From Felis catus (Eukaryota): a stretch of 64,000 bases of DNA. How positions within the stretch are numbered: the stretch's first letter is position 1; every line of letters begins with the position of its first letter. The position numbers and the translations under genes are program-made. The notes beneath the pieces were generated by a model. It was not told where the DNA came from. It saw only the letters and a list, made by a program, of their open reading frames with translations, and did not search any database. Below are positions 1 to 13,558 of this stretch, in pieces. Location: the NCBI RefSeq assembly GCF_018350175.1, contig NC_058383.1:16308001-16372000 (forward strand), written 5' to 3'.

Positions 1-587
1 CAGTGTGGAGGTTCCTCAAAATATTAAAAATAGACTTACCCTATGACCCAGCAGTAACACTGCTAGGAATTTACCCAAGGGATACAGGAGTACTGATGCA
101 TAGGGGCACTTGTACCCCAATGTTCATAGCAGCACTCTCAACAATAGCCAAATTATGGAAAGAGCCTAAATGTGCATCAACTGATGAATGGATAAAGAAA
201 TTGTGGTTTGTATACACAATGGAGTACTACGTGGCAATGAGAAAGAATGAAATATGGCCCTTTGTAGCAACGTGGATGGAACCGGAGAGTGTTATGCTAA
301 GTGAAATAAGCCATACAGAGAAAGACAGATACCATATGTTTTCACTCTTATGTGGATCCTGAGAAACTTATCAGAAACCCATGGGGGAGGGGAAGAAAAA
401 AAAAGAGGTTAGAGTGGGAGAGAGCCGAAGCATAAGAGACTCTTAAAAACAGAACAAACTGAGGGTTGATGGGGGGTGGGAGGGAGGGGAGGGTTGGTGA
501 TGGGTATTGAGGAGGGCACCTTTTGGGATGAGCACTGGGTGTTGTATGGAAACCAATTTGACAATAAATTTCATATATTGAAAAAAA
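1..587 (+). mobile_element. LINE-1 3' end (young felid L1): ORF2 C-terminus, 3' UTR, short poly(A)
   Basis: ORF 3..362 is the L1 ORF2 C-terminus (WRFLK..LPYDPA..CTPMFIAAL..YHMFSL). It is followed by a G-rich 3' UTR, AATAAA at about 563 and an A-tail at 581-587. Confidence 0.95.
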
Positions 588-623
588 GATCTAGTCTCTT
601 ACCAACTTTGAATTTTATAAAAA

Positions 624-829
624 ATTTTTTTAAATGTTTATCTATTTTTGAGAGAGGGAGAGACAGAGTGTGAGCAGGCGAGGGGAAGAGAGAGAGGGAG
701 ACACAGAATCTGAAGCAGTCTCCAGGCTCTGAGCTGTCGGCACAGAGCCCGACGCGGGGCTCGTGGACTGTGAGATCATGACCTGAGCCGGAGCCGGATG
801 CCCAACTGACTGAGCCACCCAGGTGCCCC
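624..829 (-). mobile_element. Carnivore/felid tRNA-derived SINE (SINEC_Fc type)
   Basis: Reverse-complement SINE body: T-rich tail, (GA)n, ...cacagaatctgaagc...gagccacccaggtgcccc. Confidence 0.92.
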
Positions 830-946
830 GCTCTTATTTCTCAAGGTTGCTTTGGCTATTTGTGATCTTAGCAGTTCCATACAAATTTTGTGGGTTTTTT
901 CCTATTTCTGTGAAGAGTACCATTGGAATTTTGATGAGGATTTTTT

Positions 947-997
<51 letters not shown>

Positions 998-1039
998 CTT
1001 TCTGCTTTTTTCTTTCTTTCTTTTTTTCTTCTTTCTTTC

Positions 1040-1106
<67 letters not shown>

Positions 1107-2775
1107 CTTTCAATAGGCTCCACATCCAATGTGGAGCTTTACCCTGAGATCAAGAGTCACATGCTCTACTGATCAAGTGCCCCAATGAGGATTGCTTTGA
1201 ATCTACAGATGACTTTGGGCAGTATGAACATATTTTCATTATTAGTTCTTCTGGCCCATGAACACAATATCTTTCCATTTGTTTGTGTCTTCTTCAATTT
1301 CTTTCATCAAAGTCTTGTAGTCATTGCACAGATCTTTCACTTCCTTTGTTAAATTCCTAAGTATTTTATTGTTTTTGATGCTATTGTGAATAGGATATTT
1401 TTCTTTATTTCATTGTTAGTGTATAGAAACCTAACTGATTACTGTATTTTGAATTTATATCCTGCAATTTTACTGAGTTTGTTGAGTAATTACAAAGTTT
1501 TTTGGTAGAGTTTTTCGAATTTTCTATATGTAAAATCATCTGTACATAATGACGATTTTACTTCCATTCCAATTTAGATGGCTTTTATTTCCTTATCTTG
1601 TTTGATTCCCTTAGCCAGGATTCCCTTTGCTTCTGGAAATGAGTATTAGGTAAATAAGAGTGATGAGAATAGGCACCTTTGTCTTTCTCCTGATCTTAGA
1701 GGAAAAGCTTTCAACCCTTCCTTCATCATTGAGTATGATTTAGTTGTGGGTTGTCAGGTGGCCTTTATTATGTTGAATTATGCTTCTTCTATACCCAATA
1801 TATTGAAGGTTTTTTTTTTCTAATCATGAGAGGTTGTTTTCATCAAATGCTTTCTCTGCAGCTATTGAGAGGATCATATGATTTTTATTTCTCATTATAT
1901 TAATGTGTATCACCTTTATTGATTTGTGTATGTTGAACCATACTTGCATCCCGGGGATAAATCCCACTTGATCATGGTGTATGATCTTTTTAATGTGTTG
2001 TCAAATTCAGTTTGCTAAGATTTTGTTGAGAATTTTTGCATCTGTGTTCTACAGGGATATTGGTCTGCAGTTTTTTTTTTCTTGTAGTGTCATACAATGG
2101 GTTTGGGAGTATCCCTCCTCTTTTGTTTTTTGGAGGAGTTTGAGAAGGATAGGTATTATTTTTTAAACATTTTCTAGAATTCACCAGTGAAGCCACGTGG
2201 TCCTGGGATTTTTCTCTGTTGGAGAGTTTTGATTACTGATTCAATCTCCTTACTCATTATTGGTCTCCAGATTTTCTGTTTCTTCATGATTCAGTATTGA
2301 TAGATTGTATGTTTCTAGGAACTTACCCATTTCTTCTAGGATTCAAGTTTATTGGCATAAAATTTTTCATACTTTCTTATGATCCTATGCATTTCTGTGG
2401 TATCAGTTGTAATGTATGCTCTTTCATTTTGATTTTACTTATTTGAACTTCTCTCTTTTTCTTAGTCTAGCTAAAAGCAGGTCAGTTTTGCTTATATATA
2501 TTAAAAAAAATACTTATTACTCTCATTGATCATTTCTTTTGTTTTCTCTGGTCTTTTTTCTCATTTACTTCTGCTGATCTTTTTTAAAATTTATTTATTT
2601 ATTTATTTATTTATTCATTTATTTATTCATTTATTTAATACTAACCTCTACACCCAACATGGAGCTCAAACTTGATCCTGAGATTGAGTTGCATACTCCT
2701 CCCAACTGAGCCAGCCAGGCACTCCTCCATGCTGATCTTTTAAATTTCCTTTGTTCTTCTATTTCTAGTTTTCTG
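830..2775 (-). mobile_element. Old LINE-1 ORF2 segment, interrupted by SINEs
   Basis: The reverse strand gives degenerate L1 ORF2 RT-region peptides (e.g. ORF 1990..2196) with many stops and frameshifts. Confidence 0.88.
943..1184 (-). mobile_element. Old carnivore SINE with expanded (TTTC)n tail
   Basis: (TTTC)n at about 945-1110 followed by a truncated SINE body. TSD atgaggatt at 934-942 and 1185-1193. Confidence 0.8.
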
Positions 2776-2960
2776 CATATAAAAAGAATTATTCACCATG
2801 ATCAAGTGGGATTCATTCCTGGGCTGCAGGGCTGGTTCAACATTCTCAATCAATCAGTGTGACATCACATTAATAAAAGAAAAGATAAGAACCATATGAT
2901 CCTGTCAATCGATGCAGAAAAAGCATTTGACAAAATTCAGCCTCCTTTCTTAATAAAAAC
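2776..2960 (+). mobile_element. Short internal ORF2 fragment of a younger L1
   Basis: cat ata aaa aga att att cac cat gat caa gtg gga ttc att cct ggg = [16 protein letters not shown] (L1 RT), continuing to [10 protein letters not shown]. Confidence 0.88.
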
Positions 2961-3134
2961 TTTTGAGCTTTAAAAAAATATGTAAGTAACAAGAACATGC
3001 AGAGTAAAAAAATGAGTGTCAATGTACTATCACTTCCAATAGTCAATGTGCTAATGCTTATGGAGTCAAAGAATGCTTCCTGAGATTTGATTCCTGAGAT
3101 TCTTCATACTTCCTAACGTGTGAGCTGGACCTGA

Positions 3135-4427
3135 AACACAAAAGAGCAAGAAAGCAGTTGAGAAGATGGCATTAGTAAGTCCTTACATACTAATAATTAC
3201 TATAAATGTAAATGGATTGAATTCTCCAAAGGACAAAAATGCTAGATGGATTAAAAAAACAACAACAAAAAAAACAAAACAAAAGGGGCGCCTGGGTGGC
3301 GCAGTCGGTTAAGCGTCCGACTTCAGCCAGGTCACGAACTCGCGGTCCGGGAGTTCGAGCCCCGCATCAGGCTCTGGGCTGATGGCTCAGAGCCTGGAGC
3401 CTGTTTCTGATTCTGTGTCTCCCTCTCTCTCTGCCCCTCCCCCGTTCATGCTCTGTCTCTCTCTGTCCCAAAAATAAATAAACGTTGAAAAAAAAATTAA
3501 AAAAAAAAACAACAAAAAAAACCCAAAAAACAGGACCCAAATATATTCAACCCTCAAAAGACTCATTTCACCTTAAGGACACACATAAGCCCAAGTGAAG
3601 GGACAGAAAAAGATATTCCATGCAAGTAGAAACCAAAAGAAAGTGGGGAAAGCTATGTTTGTATCAGAAAAAAAATAGACTTTAAGCCAAAATGGTAACA
3701 AAGGCACATTATTATATAATGATAAAGAGGTCATTTCATCAAGAAAGTATAATAATTGTAAACATATATGCACCCAATATTGGACACCTAAATACAGTAA
3801 ACAAATACTAACAGATCTGAAAGAGATATAGACAATTATACAATCATAGTATGGGACTTCAACATCCCATTTTTGGCAATGGATAGATCATCCAGACAGA
3901 AAATTAACAAAGAAATGTTGGACTTGAATGATACATATATTAGACCAAATGGACCTAAGAGAGACCTATGCAGTATTCTATCCAAGAGCAGCAAAATACA
4001 TATTCTTCTCAAGTGCTCATGAAACATTCAAAAAGATAGATCATACAATAGGCCACAAAACAAATCTTAGCAAATTTAAGAAGATTGAGATTATACCACG
4101 TATTTTTTCCAAGCAAATAATATAAAACTAAAAATCAAGAATAAGAGGAAAGCATGTTTTATAAGCATGTAAAAACTAAAACTTCACTCCTGAACAAACA
4201 GTAAGTCAAAGAAAAATCAAAAGAGAAATTTTAAAAATCTTGAAACAAATGAAAATGGAAACAATACACCAAAATTTATGGTATTCAGTGAAAGCAGTTC
4301 TTAGGAGAAAGTTTATAGCAAGAAATACGTATAGTAAGAAAATTTAGAAATCTCAAACAAGCCAAATTTACATCTCAGAAAGCTAGAAATAGAAGAGCAA
4401 ACAAAGGAAATTTAAAAGATCAGCGTG
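3135..4427 (+). mobile_element. Old LINE-1, start of ORF2 (endonuclease region)
   Basis: atggcattagtaagtcct...ataaatgtaaatggattgaattctcc resembles the ORF2 N-terminus (IITLNVNGLNSP). ORF 3928..4125 carries the EN motif FFSSAHETFKKIDH. Confidence 0.85.
3285..3510 (+). mobile_element. Young felid SINE (SINEC_Fc)
   Basis: ggggcgcctgggtggcgcagtcggttaagcgtccgacttcagccagg... with CpGs retained, a (CT)n segment and an aataaataaacgtt A-tail. Confidence 0.95.
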
Positions 4428-4547
4428 GAGGAGTGCCTGGCTGGCTCAGTTGGGAGGAGTATGCAACTCAATCTCAGGATCAAGTTTGAGCTCCATGTTG
4501 GGTGTAGAGATTAGTATTAAATAAATGAATAAATAAATAAATACATA

Positions 4548-6154
4548 ATTTTATTATTTTTTAATATGAAATTTATTGTCAAATTGGTTTCCATACAACA
4601 CCCAGTGTTCATCCCAACAGGTGCCCTCCTCAATACCCATCACCCACCCCCCCTTCCCTCCCACCCCCCATAAACCCTCTGTTCTCAGTTTTTAGGAGTC
4701 TCTTATGCTTTGGATCCCTCCCCCTCTAACCTTTTTTTTCCTTCTCCTCCCCCATGGTCTTCTGTTAAGTTTCTCAGGATACACATAGGAGTGAAAACAT
4801 ATGGAATCTGTCCTTCTCTGTACGACTTATTTCACTTAGCATAACACTCTCCAGTTCCATCCATGATGCTACAAAAGGCATCATTTCATTCTTTCTCGTG
4901 GCCACGTAGTATTCCATTGTGTATATAAACCATAATTTCTTTACCTATTCATCAGTTGATGCACATTTAGGCTCTTTCCATAATTTGGCTATTGTTGAGA
5001 GTGCTGCTATAAACATTGGGGTACAAGTGACCCTATGTATCAGTACTCCTGTATCCCTTGGGTAAATTCCTAGCAGTGTTACTGCTGGGTCATAGGGTAA
5101 GTCTATTTTTAATATTTTGAGGAACCTCTACACTGTTTTGCAGAGTGGCTGCGCCAGTTTGCATTCCCACCAACGGTGCAAGAGGGTTCCCATTTCTCCA
5201 CATCCTCGCCAGCATCTATAGTCTCCTGATTTGTTCATTTTGGCCACTCTGACTGGCGTGAGGTGATATCTGAGTGTGGTTTTGATTTGTATTTCCCTGA
5301 TGAGGAGCGACGTTGAGCATCTTTTCATGTGCCTGTTGGTCATCTGGATGTCTTCTTTAGAGAAGTGTCTATTCATATTTTCTGCCCATTTCTTCACTGG
5401 GTTATTTGTTTTTAGGGTGTGGAGTTTGGTGAGTTCTTTATAGATTTTGGATACTAGCCCTTTGTCCAATATGTCATTTGCAAATATCTTTTCCCATTCT
5501 GTTGGTTGCCTTTTAGTTTTGTTGATTGTTTTCTTTGCTGTGCAGAAGCTTTTTATCTTCATGAGGTCCCAATAGTTCATTTTTTCTTTTAATTCCTTTG
5601 CCTTTGGGGATGTGTCAAGTGAGAAATTGCTACGGCTGAGGTCACAGAGGTCTTTTCCTGCTTTCTCTTCCAGGGTTCTGATGGTTTCCTGTCTCACATT
5701 CAGGTCCTTTATCCACTTTGAGTTTGCTTTTGTGAATGGTGTAAGAAAGTGGTCTAGTTTCATTCTTCTGCATCTTGCTGTCCAGTTCTCCCAGCACCAT
5801 TTGTTAAAGAGACTGTCTTTTTCCATCGGATGTTCTTTCCTGCTTTGTCAAAGATTAGTTGGCCATACTTTTGTGGGTCTAGTTCTGGGGTTTCTATTCT
5901 ATTCCATTGGTCTATGTGTCTGTTTTTGTGCCAATACCATGGTGTCTTGATGATCACAGCTTTGCAGTAGAGGCTAAAGTCTGGGATTGTGATGCCTCCC
6001 TTTTGTGGTTCCATATGAATTTTAGGATTGCTGTCTTGAAGCTAGAACAAGCAATCCTAAAATTCGGATGGAACCACAAAAGGCCCCGAATAGCCAAAGT
6101 AATTTTGAAGAAGCAGACCAAAGCGGGAGGCAACACAATCCCAGATTTTAGCCT
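4548..6154 (-). mobile_element. 5'-truncated felid L1 with an inverted 5' segment
   Basis: Poly(T) and 3' UTR at 4548-4800 and ORF2 C-terminal frame 5128..5826. At about 6032/6039 the orientation flips to a + strand copy of the adjacent L1 region (6039-6154). Confidence 0.9.
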
Positions 6155-9100
6155 GAGGACACCTTCAGATTGAAAGTGAGGGGATGGAGAACCATCTATC
6201 ATGTTAATGAATGTCAAAAGAAAGATGGAGTAGCCATACTTATATCACACAAACTAGATTTTATTTTTTTTATTTTTTTATTTTTTTTTCAACGTTTATT
6301 TTTGGGACAGAGAGAGACAGAGCATGAACGGGGGAGGGGCAGAGAGAGAGGGAGACACAGAATCGGAAACAGGCTCCAGGCTCTGAGCCATCAGCCCAGA
6401 GCCTGACGCAGGGCTCGAACTCCCGGACCGCGAGATCGTGACCTGGCTGAAGTCGGAGGCTTAACCGACTGCGCCACCCAGGCGCCCCAAACTAGATTTT
6501 AAACTAAAGGCTATAACAGGAAACGAAGAAGGACATTAGATTATAACTACGGGGTCTATCCATCAAGAAGAACTAACAATTATAAATGTTTATGTGCTGA
6601 ATTTGGAAGCACCAAATATATAACCACAGCTAATCACAAACATAAGCAATCTTATCAGTAAAAATGTGGTAATTGCAGTGGAATTTAATACTCCACTTAC
6701 AACAATGGACAGATCATCTAGACAGAAAATCAATGGCCCTGAATGATACACTGGGCTATACGGACGTGACAGATATATTCAGAACTTTTCATCCTAAAGC
6801 AGCATAATACACATTCTTCTCGAGTGCACATCGAACATTCTCCAGAATAGGTCACATACTGGGATACAAATCAGCCCTCATCATGTACAAAAATATTGAG
6901 ATCATACCATGCACACTTTCAGATCACAATGCTATGAAACTTGAAATCAACTACAGGAAAAAATCTGGAAAACCTCCAAATGAATGTAGGCTAAAGAATG
7001 AATGGGTCAATCAGGCAATTAAAGAATAAATTAAAAAATATATGGAAAAAAATGAAAATGAACGCATGACAATCCAAACCCTTTGGGATGCAGCAAAGGC
7101 AGTCTTAAGAAGAATTGCAATCCAGGCCTATCTCAAGAAACAAAAAATCCCAAATACAAAATCTGAAAGCACACCTAAAGAAACTAGAAGCAGAACAACA
7201 AAGAAACCCCATGGCCAGCAGAAGAAGGGATATAATAAAGATCAGAGCAGAAAAAAACAATATAGAATCCAAAAAAACCCCAAACAGTAGAACAGATCAA
7301 TGAAACTAAGAATTGTTTTTTTTTGAAAAAGTAAACAAAATTGATAAACCCTTAGCCAGACTTCTCAAAAAGAAAAAAGACCCAAATAGATAAAATCATA
7401 AATGAAAATGGATTTATTACAACCAATCCCTTAGATATACAAGAATTTAACAGAGAATACTATGAAAAATTATATGCCAACAATTTGAACAACTGGAAGA
7501 AATGTACAAATTCCTAGACACCCACACACTACCAAAACTCAAAAAGGAAAGAAATAGAAATTTGAACAGACGCATAACTAATGACGAAATTGAATCAGTT
7601 ATCAAAAATCTCCCAACAAATAAATGTCCTGGGCCAGATGGCTTCCCAGGGGAATTCTTCCAGACATTTAAAGCAGAGTTAATACCTATCCTTGTCAAGC
7701 TGTTCCAAAAAATAGAAAGGTAAGGAAAAATTTCAGATGCATTCTATGAAGCCAGCATTACCTTGATTCCCAAACAAGACAGAAACCCCAGAAAAAAAGG
7801 AGAATTACAGGCCAATGTCTCTGATGAAAATGGATGCAAAAATCCTCAACAAGGTACTAGCACATTGAATTCAACAACATATAAAAAGAATTATTGACCA
7901 TGATCAAGTGGGATTCATTCCTGGGATGCAGGGCTGGTTCAATATTCGCAACACAATCAATGTGATACATCACATTAATAAAAGAAAGGATGAACCATAT
8001 TATCTTGTCAATAGATGGAGAAAAAGCATTTGACAAAACACAACATTGTTTCTTAATAAAAGTTCTCAAGAAAATCAGGATAGAAGGAACATCCTTAAAT
8101 CATAAAAGCCATTTATGAATAGCTCATAGCTAATAACATCCTCAATGGGGAAAAACTGAGAGCTTTCCCCCTGAGATCAGGAACATGACAGGGATGTTCA
8201 CTCTCACCACTGTTGTTTAATATACTGTCGGAAGTTCTCATATCAGCAATCAGACAACAAAATGAAATAAAGGGCATCCAAATTGGCAAAGAAGTCAAAC
8301 TTTCACTTTTTGCAGTCGACATAATACTCCACATGAAAAACCTGAAAGACTCCACTGGAAGACTGCTAGAACTGACACATGAATTCAGCAGTCACAGGGT
8401 ACAAAATCAATGTACAGAAATCGTTTGTATTTCTATATACCAATAATGAAGCAACAGAAAGAGATATCAAGGAATCGATCCCATTTACAATTGCACCAAA
8501 ACCCATAAAATACCTAGGAATAAACCTAAGCGAAACTGTAAAAGATCAATAGGCTGAAAACTATAGAAAACTTATGAAGGAACTTGAAGAAGACACAAAG
8601 AAATGGAAAAACATTCCATGCTCATGGATTTGAAGAATAAATATTGTTAAAATGCCAATACTACCCAAAGCTATCTACCCATTCAATGCATTTCCAATCA
8701 AAATTTCACCGGCATTCTTCCCAAAGCTAGAACAAACAATCCTAAAACTTATATGGAACCACAAAAGACCCCGAATACCCAAAGTAATATTGAAGAAGAA
8801 AACCAAAGTGGGAGGCATCACAATCCCAGACTTTAGCCTCTACTACAAAGCTGTAATCATCAAGACAGTATAGTATTGGCACAAAAACAGACACATAGAC
8901 CAATGGAATAGAATAGAGACCCCAGAATTGGACCCACAAATATATGACCAATTAATCTTTGACAAAGCAGAAAAGAGTATCCAGTGGGAAAAAGACAGTC
9001 TATTTAGCAAATGGTCCTGGGAGAACTGGATAGCAACATGCAGAAGAATGAAACCGGACCACTTTCTTACACCATACACAAAAATAAATTCAAAATGAAT

Positions 9101-10323
9101 GAAAGTTCAAAATGTGAGACAGGAAACTATCAAAACCCTAGAGGAGAAAGCAGGCAACAACCTCTCGACCTCAGCCACAGCAATTTCTTGCTCGACACAT
9201 CTCCAAAAGCAAGGGAATTAAAAGCAAAAATGAACAATTGGGACCTCATGAAGACAAAAAGCTTCTGCACTGCAAAGGAAACAATCAATAAAACTAAAAG
9301 CAACCAATGGAATGGGAAAAGATATTTGCAAATGACATATCAGATAAGGGGTTAGTATCCAAAATCTATAAAGAACTTACCAAACTCAACACTGAAAAAC
9401 AAATAATCCAGTGAGGAAGTGGGCAGAAGACATGAATAGACACTTTTCTAAAGAAAACATCCAGATGGCCAACACACACATGAAAAGATGCTCAACGTCA
9501 CTCCTCATCTGGGAAATACAAATCAAAACCACACTGAGATACCACCTCACACCAGTCAAAGTTGCTAAAATGAACAACTTAGCAAACTACAGATGCTGGC
9601 GAGGATGTGGAGAAATGGAGATCCTTTCGCACAGTTGGTGGGAAGGCAAACTGGTGCAGCTGCTCTGGAAAACAGTGTGGAGGTTCCTCAAAAAATTAAA
9701 AATAGATCTATCCTATGACACAGCAATAGCACTACTAGGAATTTACCCAATTGATACAGGATGCTGATTCATAGGGGCACATGTACCCCAATGTTTATAG
9801 CAGTACTTTCAACAATAGCCAAATTATGGAAAGAGCCTAAATGTTCATCAACTGATGAATGGATAAAGAAGATATGGTTTATATACACAATGGAATACTA
9901 CTTGACAATGAGAAGGAATGAAATCATGCCATTTGCAGCAACATGGAAGGAACTGCAAGGTATTATGCTGAGTGAAATAAGTCAGAGAAAGTCAGATATC
10001 ATATGTTTTCACTCATATTCGGATCTTGAGGAACTTAACAGAAGATCATGGGGGAAGGGAAGGGGAAAAAATAGTTACAAACAGAGGGAGGGAAGCACAC
10101 CATAAGAGAGACTCTTAAATATGGAGAACAAACTGAGGGTGGACGGGGAAGGTGAGGGAGAGGGGGAAATGGGTGATGCGCATTGAGGAGGTCACTTGTT
10201 GGGATGAGCACTGGGTGTTGTATGTAACTGATGAACTATGGAAATCTACCCCAAATCCCAAAAGCACACTTTACATACTGTATGTTAGACAATTTAACAA
10301 ATTATATTAAAAGAAAAAGAAAG
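6155..10323 (+). mobile_element. 5'-truncated LINE-1 (EN domain to 3' UTR), ORF2 disrupted
   Basis: Consecutive ORF2 fragments (6170 EN; 7502 PGPDGFPGEF; 8213 LSLFAVDII; 8652; 9411; 9761), then a 3' UTR and an A-rich end at about 10308-10323. Confidence 0.95.
6264..6488 (-). mobile_element. Young felid SINE nested in L1
   Basis: SINEC_Fc reverse complement. 13-bp TSD aaactagatttta at 6251-6263 and 6489-6501. Confidence 0.95.
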
Positions 10324-11025
10324 ATGGGGTGTCTTCAAGGGTATGAAGGTGAAAATCTGGCTTTGGAAACCTACCTTTAAACAGAAATAGTAATGTATCC
10401 TATATGTAAATATATTCTAAATAGTGACAATTTGTATGGAAGTATGAATGAATATGGGAAAGCCCACCTTTTTGTGTGTACCTATTTTATATTTGCACAC
10501 ATATATATATACACACACATACATAATGTATATATACACATATATAATATATAGTTATTTAAATATAGTTGACACAGAATGTACATTAGTTTCAGATATA
10601 AAACATAGTTATTTGACAACTCTATAGCTTATGCTATGCTCACCACAATTGTAGCTGCCATCTGTCACCATACAAGGCTATTACAATATTATTGACTATA
10701 TTCCCTATGCTGTACATTTCATCCCTATGACTTATTCATTTCAAAACTGGAAGTCCGTACCCGTGTGCCCCTTGACCCCTTTTAGCCTGTCCCCTCACTC
10801 TGCTGCCCCCTGCCAACCGCCAGTTTGCTTTCTGTATTTATGGGTCTGTTTCTACTTTTTTTGTTTTTGTTCCTTTGTTTTGTTTTTCCAGATTCCACAT
10901 GTAACTAAAGTCATATGGTGATTGTCTTTGTCTGACTTATTTCACTTAACATAATATCCTCTAGGTCTGTCTGTGTTCTTGCAAATGGCAAGGTCACATT
11001 CTTTTTTATGGCTGAGTAATATTCC

Positions 11026-11028
<3 letters not shown>

Positions 11029-11066
<38 letters not shown>
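11029..11066. repeat. (TG)n microsatellite
   Basis: Directly visible dinucleotide run. Confidence 0.95.
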
Positions 11067-11067
<1 letters not shown>

Positions 11068-12996
11068 ACATCCTTATTATCCATTCATCTATTCATGGAC
11101 GCTTCCATAGCTTGACTATTGTAAATAATACCACAGTAAACATATGGGTGCATATATCTCTTTGAATTAGTGTTTCTGTTTTCTTTGGGTAAATATCTAG
11201 TAATGGAATTACTGGATCATATAGTATTTCTATATTTAACTTTCAGAGGAAATCCCATTCTGTTCTCCATAGTGGCTGAATCAATTTAAATTCCCCAAAA
11301 CAATGTAAGAGGGTTCCTTTTTCTCCACTTCACCAACACTTGTCTTGAATCTTTTTGATACAAGCCATTCTGACAGGTGTAAGGTGATATCTTTTTTGAT
11401 TTGCATTTCTCTGATGATGAGTGATGTTGAGAATATTTTTGTATGTCTGTTGATCATCTGTATGTCTTCTTTGGAAAAATGTCTATTCAGTTCCTTTGTC
11501 CATTTATAATTGCATTATTATTTTTTAATGTGGAGTTATCAGATAAATCATTTGCAAACATCTCCCATTCAATAGGCTGCCCTTTTGTTTTGTTGATGGT
11601 TTCCTTTGCTGTGCAAAAGCTTTTTATTTTGGTGTAGTCTCATTAATTTATTTTTGCTTTTGTTTCCCTTGACTGAGGAGACATATCAAGAAAAATGTTG
11701 CTAAGGTTCATGTCAAAGAAGTTACTGCTTGTGTTTCCTCTTAGGAGCTTTATGGTTAACAGGTCTCACATTTAGTTCCTTAATTCATTTTGAGTTTATT
11801 TTTGTGTATGGTGTAAGAAACTGGTCTAGTTTCATTCTTTTGAATGTAGCTGTCCATTTTTTCTAACGCCATTTTTTGAAGAGACTGTCTTTCTCCCGTT
11901 GTGTATTCTTGCCTCCTTAGTCACAGATTAATTGACTGTATGAGTGTGTGCTTATTTCTGGGCTCTCTATTGTGTTCCATTGATCTATGTATCTATTTTT
12001 GTGCCAGTACTATACTGTTTTGATTATTATAGACTGGTAGAATATCTTGAAATCTGGGATTCTGATATCTCATGTTTTGTTCTTTCTCAAGAATGCTTTG
12101 ACTATTTGGGCCTTTTGTGGGTGCATACGAATATTAGGATTACTTGTTCTAGTTCTGTGAAAAATGCTGTTGGTATTTGGTAGGGATCACATTGAATCCG
12201 TTAATTGCTTTGGGTAGTGTAGACACTAACAATATTGGTTCTTCTACCATGAACATGGAATATATTTCCATTTGTTTGTGTGCTCTTCAATTTCTTTTAT
12301 CAGTGTTTTGTAGTTTGGGAGTGCAGATGTTTCACCTCCTTGGTTAAGTTTATTCCTAGGTATTGTATACTTTTTGGTGCAGTTGTAAGTGGGGTTGTTT
12401 TCTTAATTTCTCCTTCTGTTACTTAATTATTAGTGTATAGAAATGCAACAGATTTCTGTATATTGATTTTGTGTCCTGTGACCTTAGTGAATTCATTTAT
12501 CAGTTCTAGTAGTTTTTATGATGGTGTCAGTAGTGTTTTATATATATAATATAATGTCATCTGCAAATAGTGAAAGTTTTACTTCTTTCCTACTAATTTG
12601 GATGCCTTTTATTTCTTTTTATTGTGTGAGTGCTGTGGCTAGGACTTCCACTACTATGTTGAATAAAAGTGGTGCGAATGGACATCCTCATCTTGTACCT
12701 GATCTTAGAAGAAAAGCTATCCGTTTTTCACCTTTGAGTATGATGTTAGATGTGGGTGTTTTACATATGGCATTTATTATTTTGAGTTATATTCATTCCT
12801 TCTAAAAATACTTCATTGAGGGTTTTTATCATGAATGGATGTTGTACTTTGTCAAATGCTTTTTCTATATCTATTGAAAGGATCATATGGCTCCTATCCT
12901 TTCTCTTATTGATGTGATGTATCATGGGGAATGATTTGCGAATATTGAACCACCCTTGCAACTGAGGAATAAATTCCAACTGATCGTGGTGCATGC

Positions 12997-13558
12997 TTTT
13001 TTTGTTGTTTCAAGTTTTTATTTAAATTCTAGTTAGTTAACTTGCAGGGTAATATTGGTTTTAGGAGTAGAATTTAGTGATTCATCACTTACATATAATA
13101 CCCAGTTCTCATCACAACTGCCCTCTTTGATATCCATCACTCATTTAGCTCATCCCCCACTCACTTCCCTTCCATCAACCCTCAGTTTGTTCTCTATCAT
13201 TAAGAGTTTCTTATGGTTCCCCCCCTCTCTTTTTTTCCCTTCCCCTATGTTCATCTATTTTGTTTTTTAAAATTCCACATATGAAGTAAATCAAATGGCA
13301 TTTGTCTTTCTCTCTCTGACTTACTTCACTTAGCATAAAACACTGTAGCTCCATCCACATCATTGCAAATGGCAAGATTTCATTCTTTTTGATGGTTGAC
13401 TAATATTCCATTATATATATATACACACAACATATATAATATATATATATATGACTTCTTTATCCATATATATATATGTGGATTTTCTTTTCTATCCATT
13501 ATTAATCAATGGACATTTGGTCCTTCTCCATAATTTGGCTAGTGTATAATGCTGCTCC
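12997..13558 (-). mobile_element. L1 3' fragment nested in the older L1
   Basis: A poly(T) plus carnivore L1 3' UTR (ttaaattctagttagttaac...) interrupts the host L1 RT region, which resumes at about 13560. Confidence 0.82.

Noticed and set aside
823..1172. F/L/S-rich and K/E/R-rich ORFs
   Set aside because: Translations of a (TTTC)n microsatellite in a SINE tail.
3285..3370. tRNA gene
   Set aside because: The A/B-box-like sequence is the tRNA-derived head of a SINE, followed by the SINE body and A-tail.
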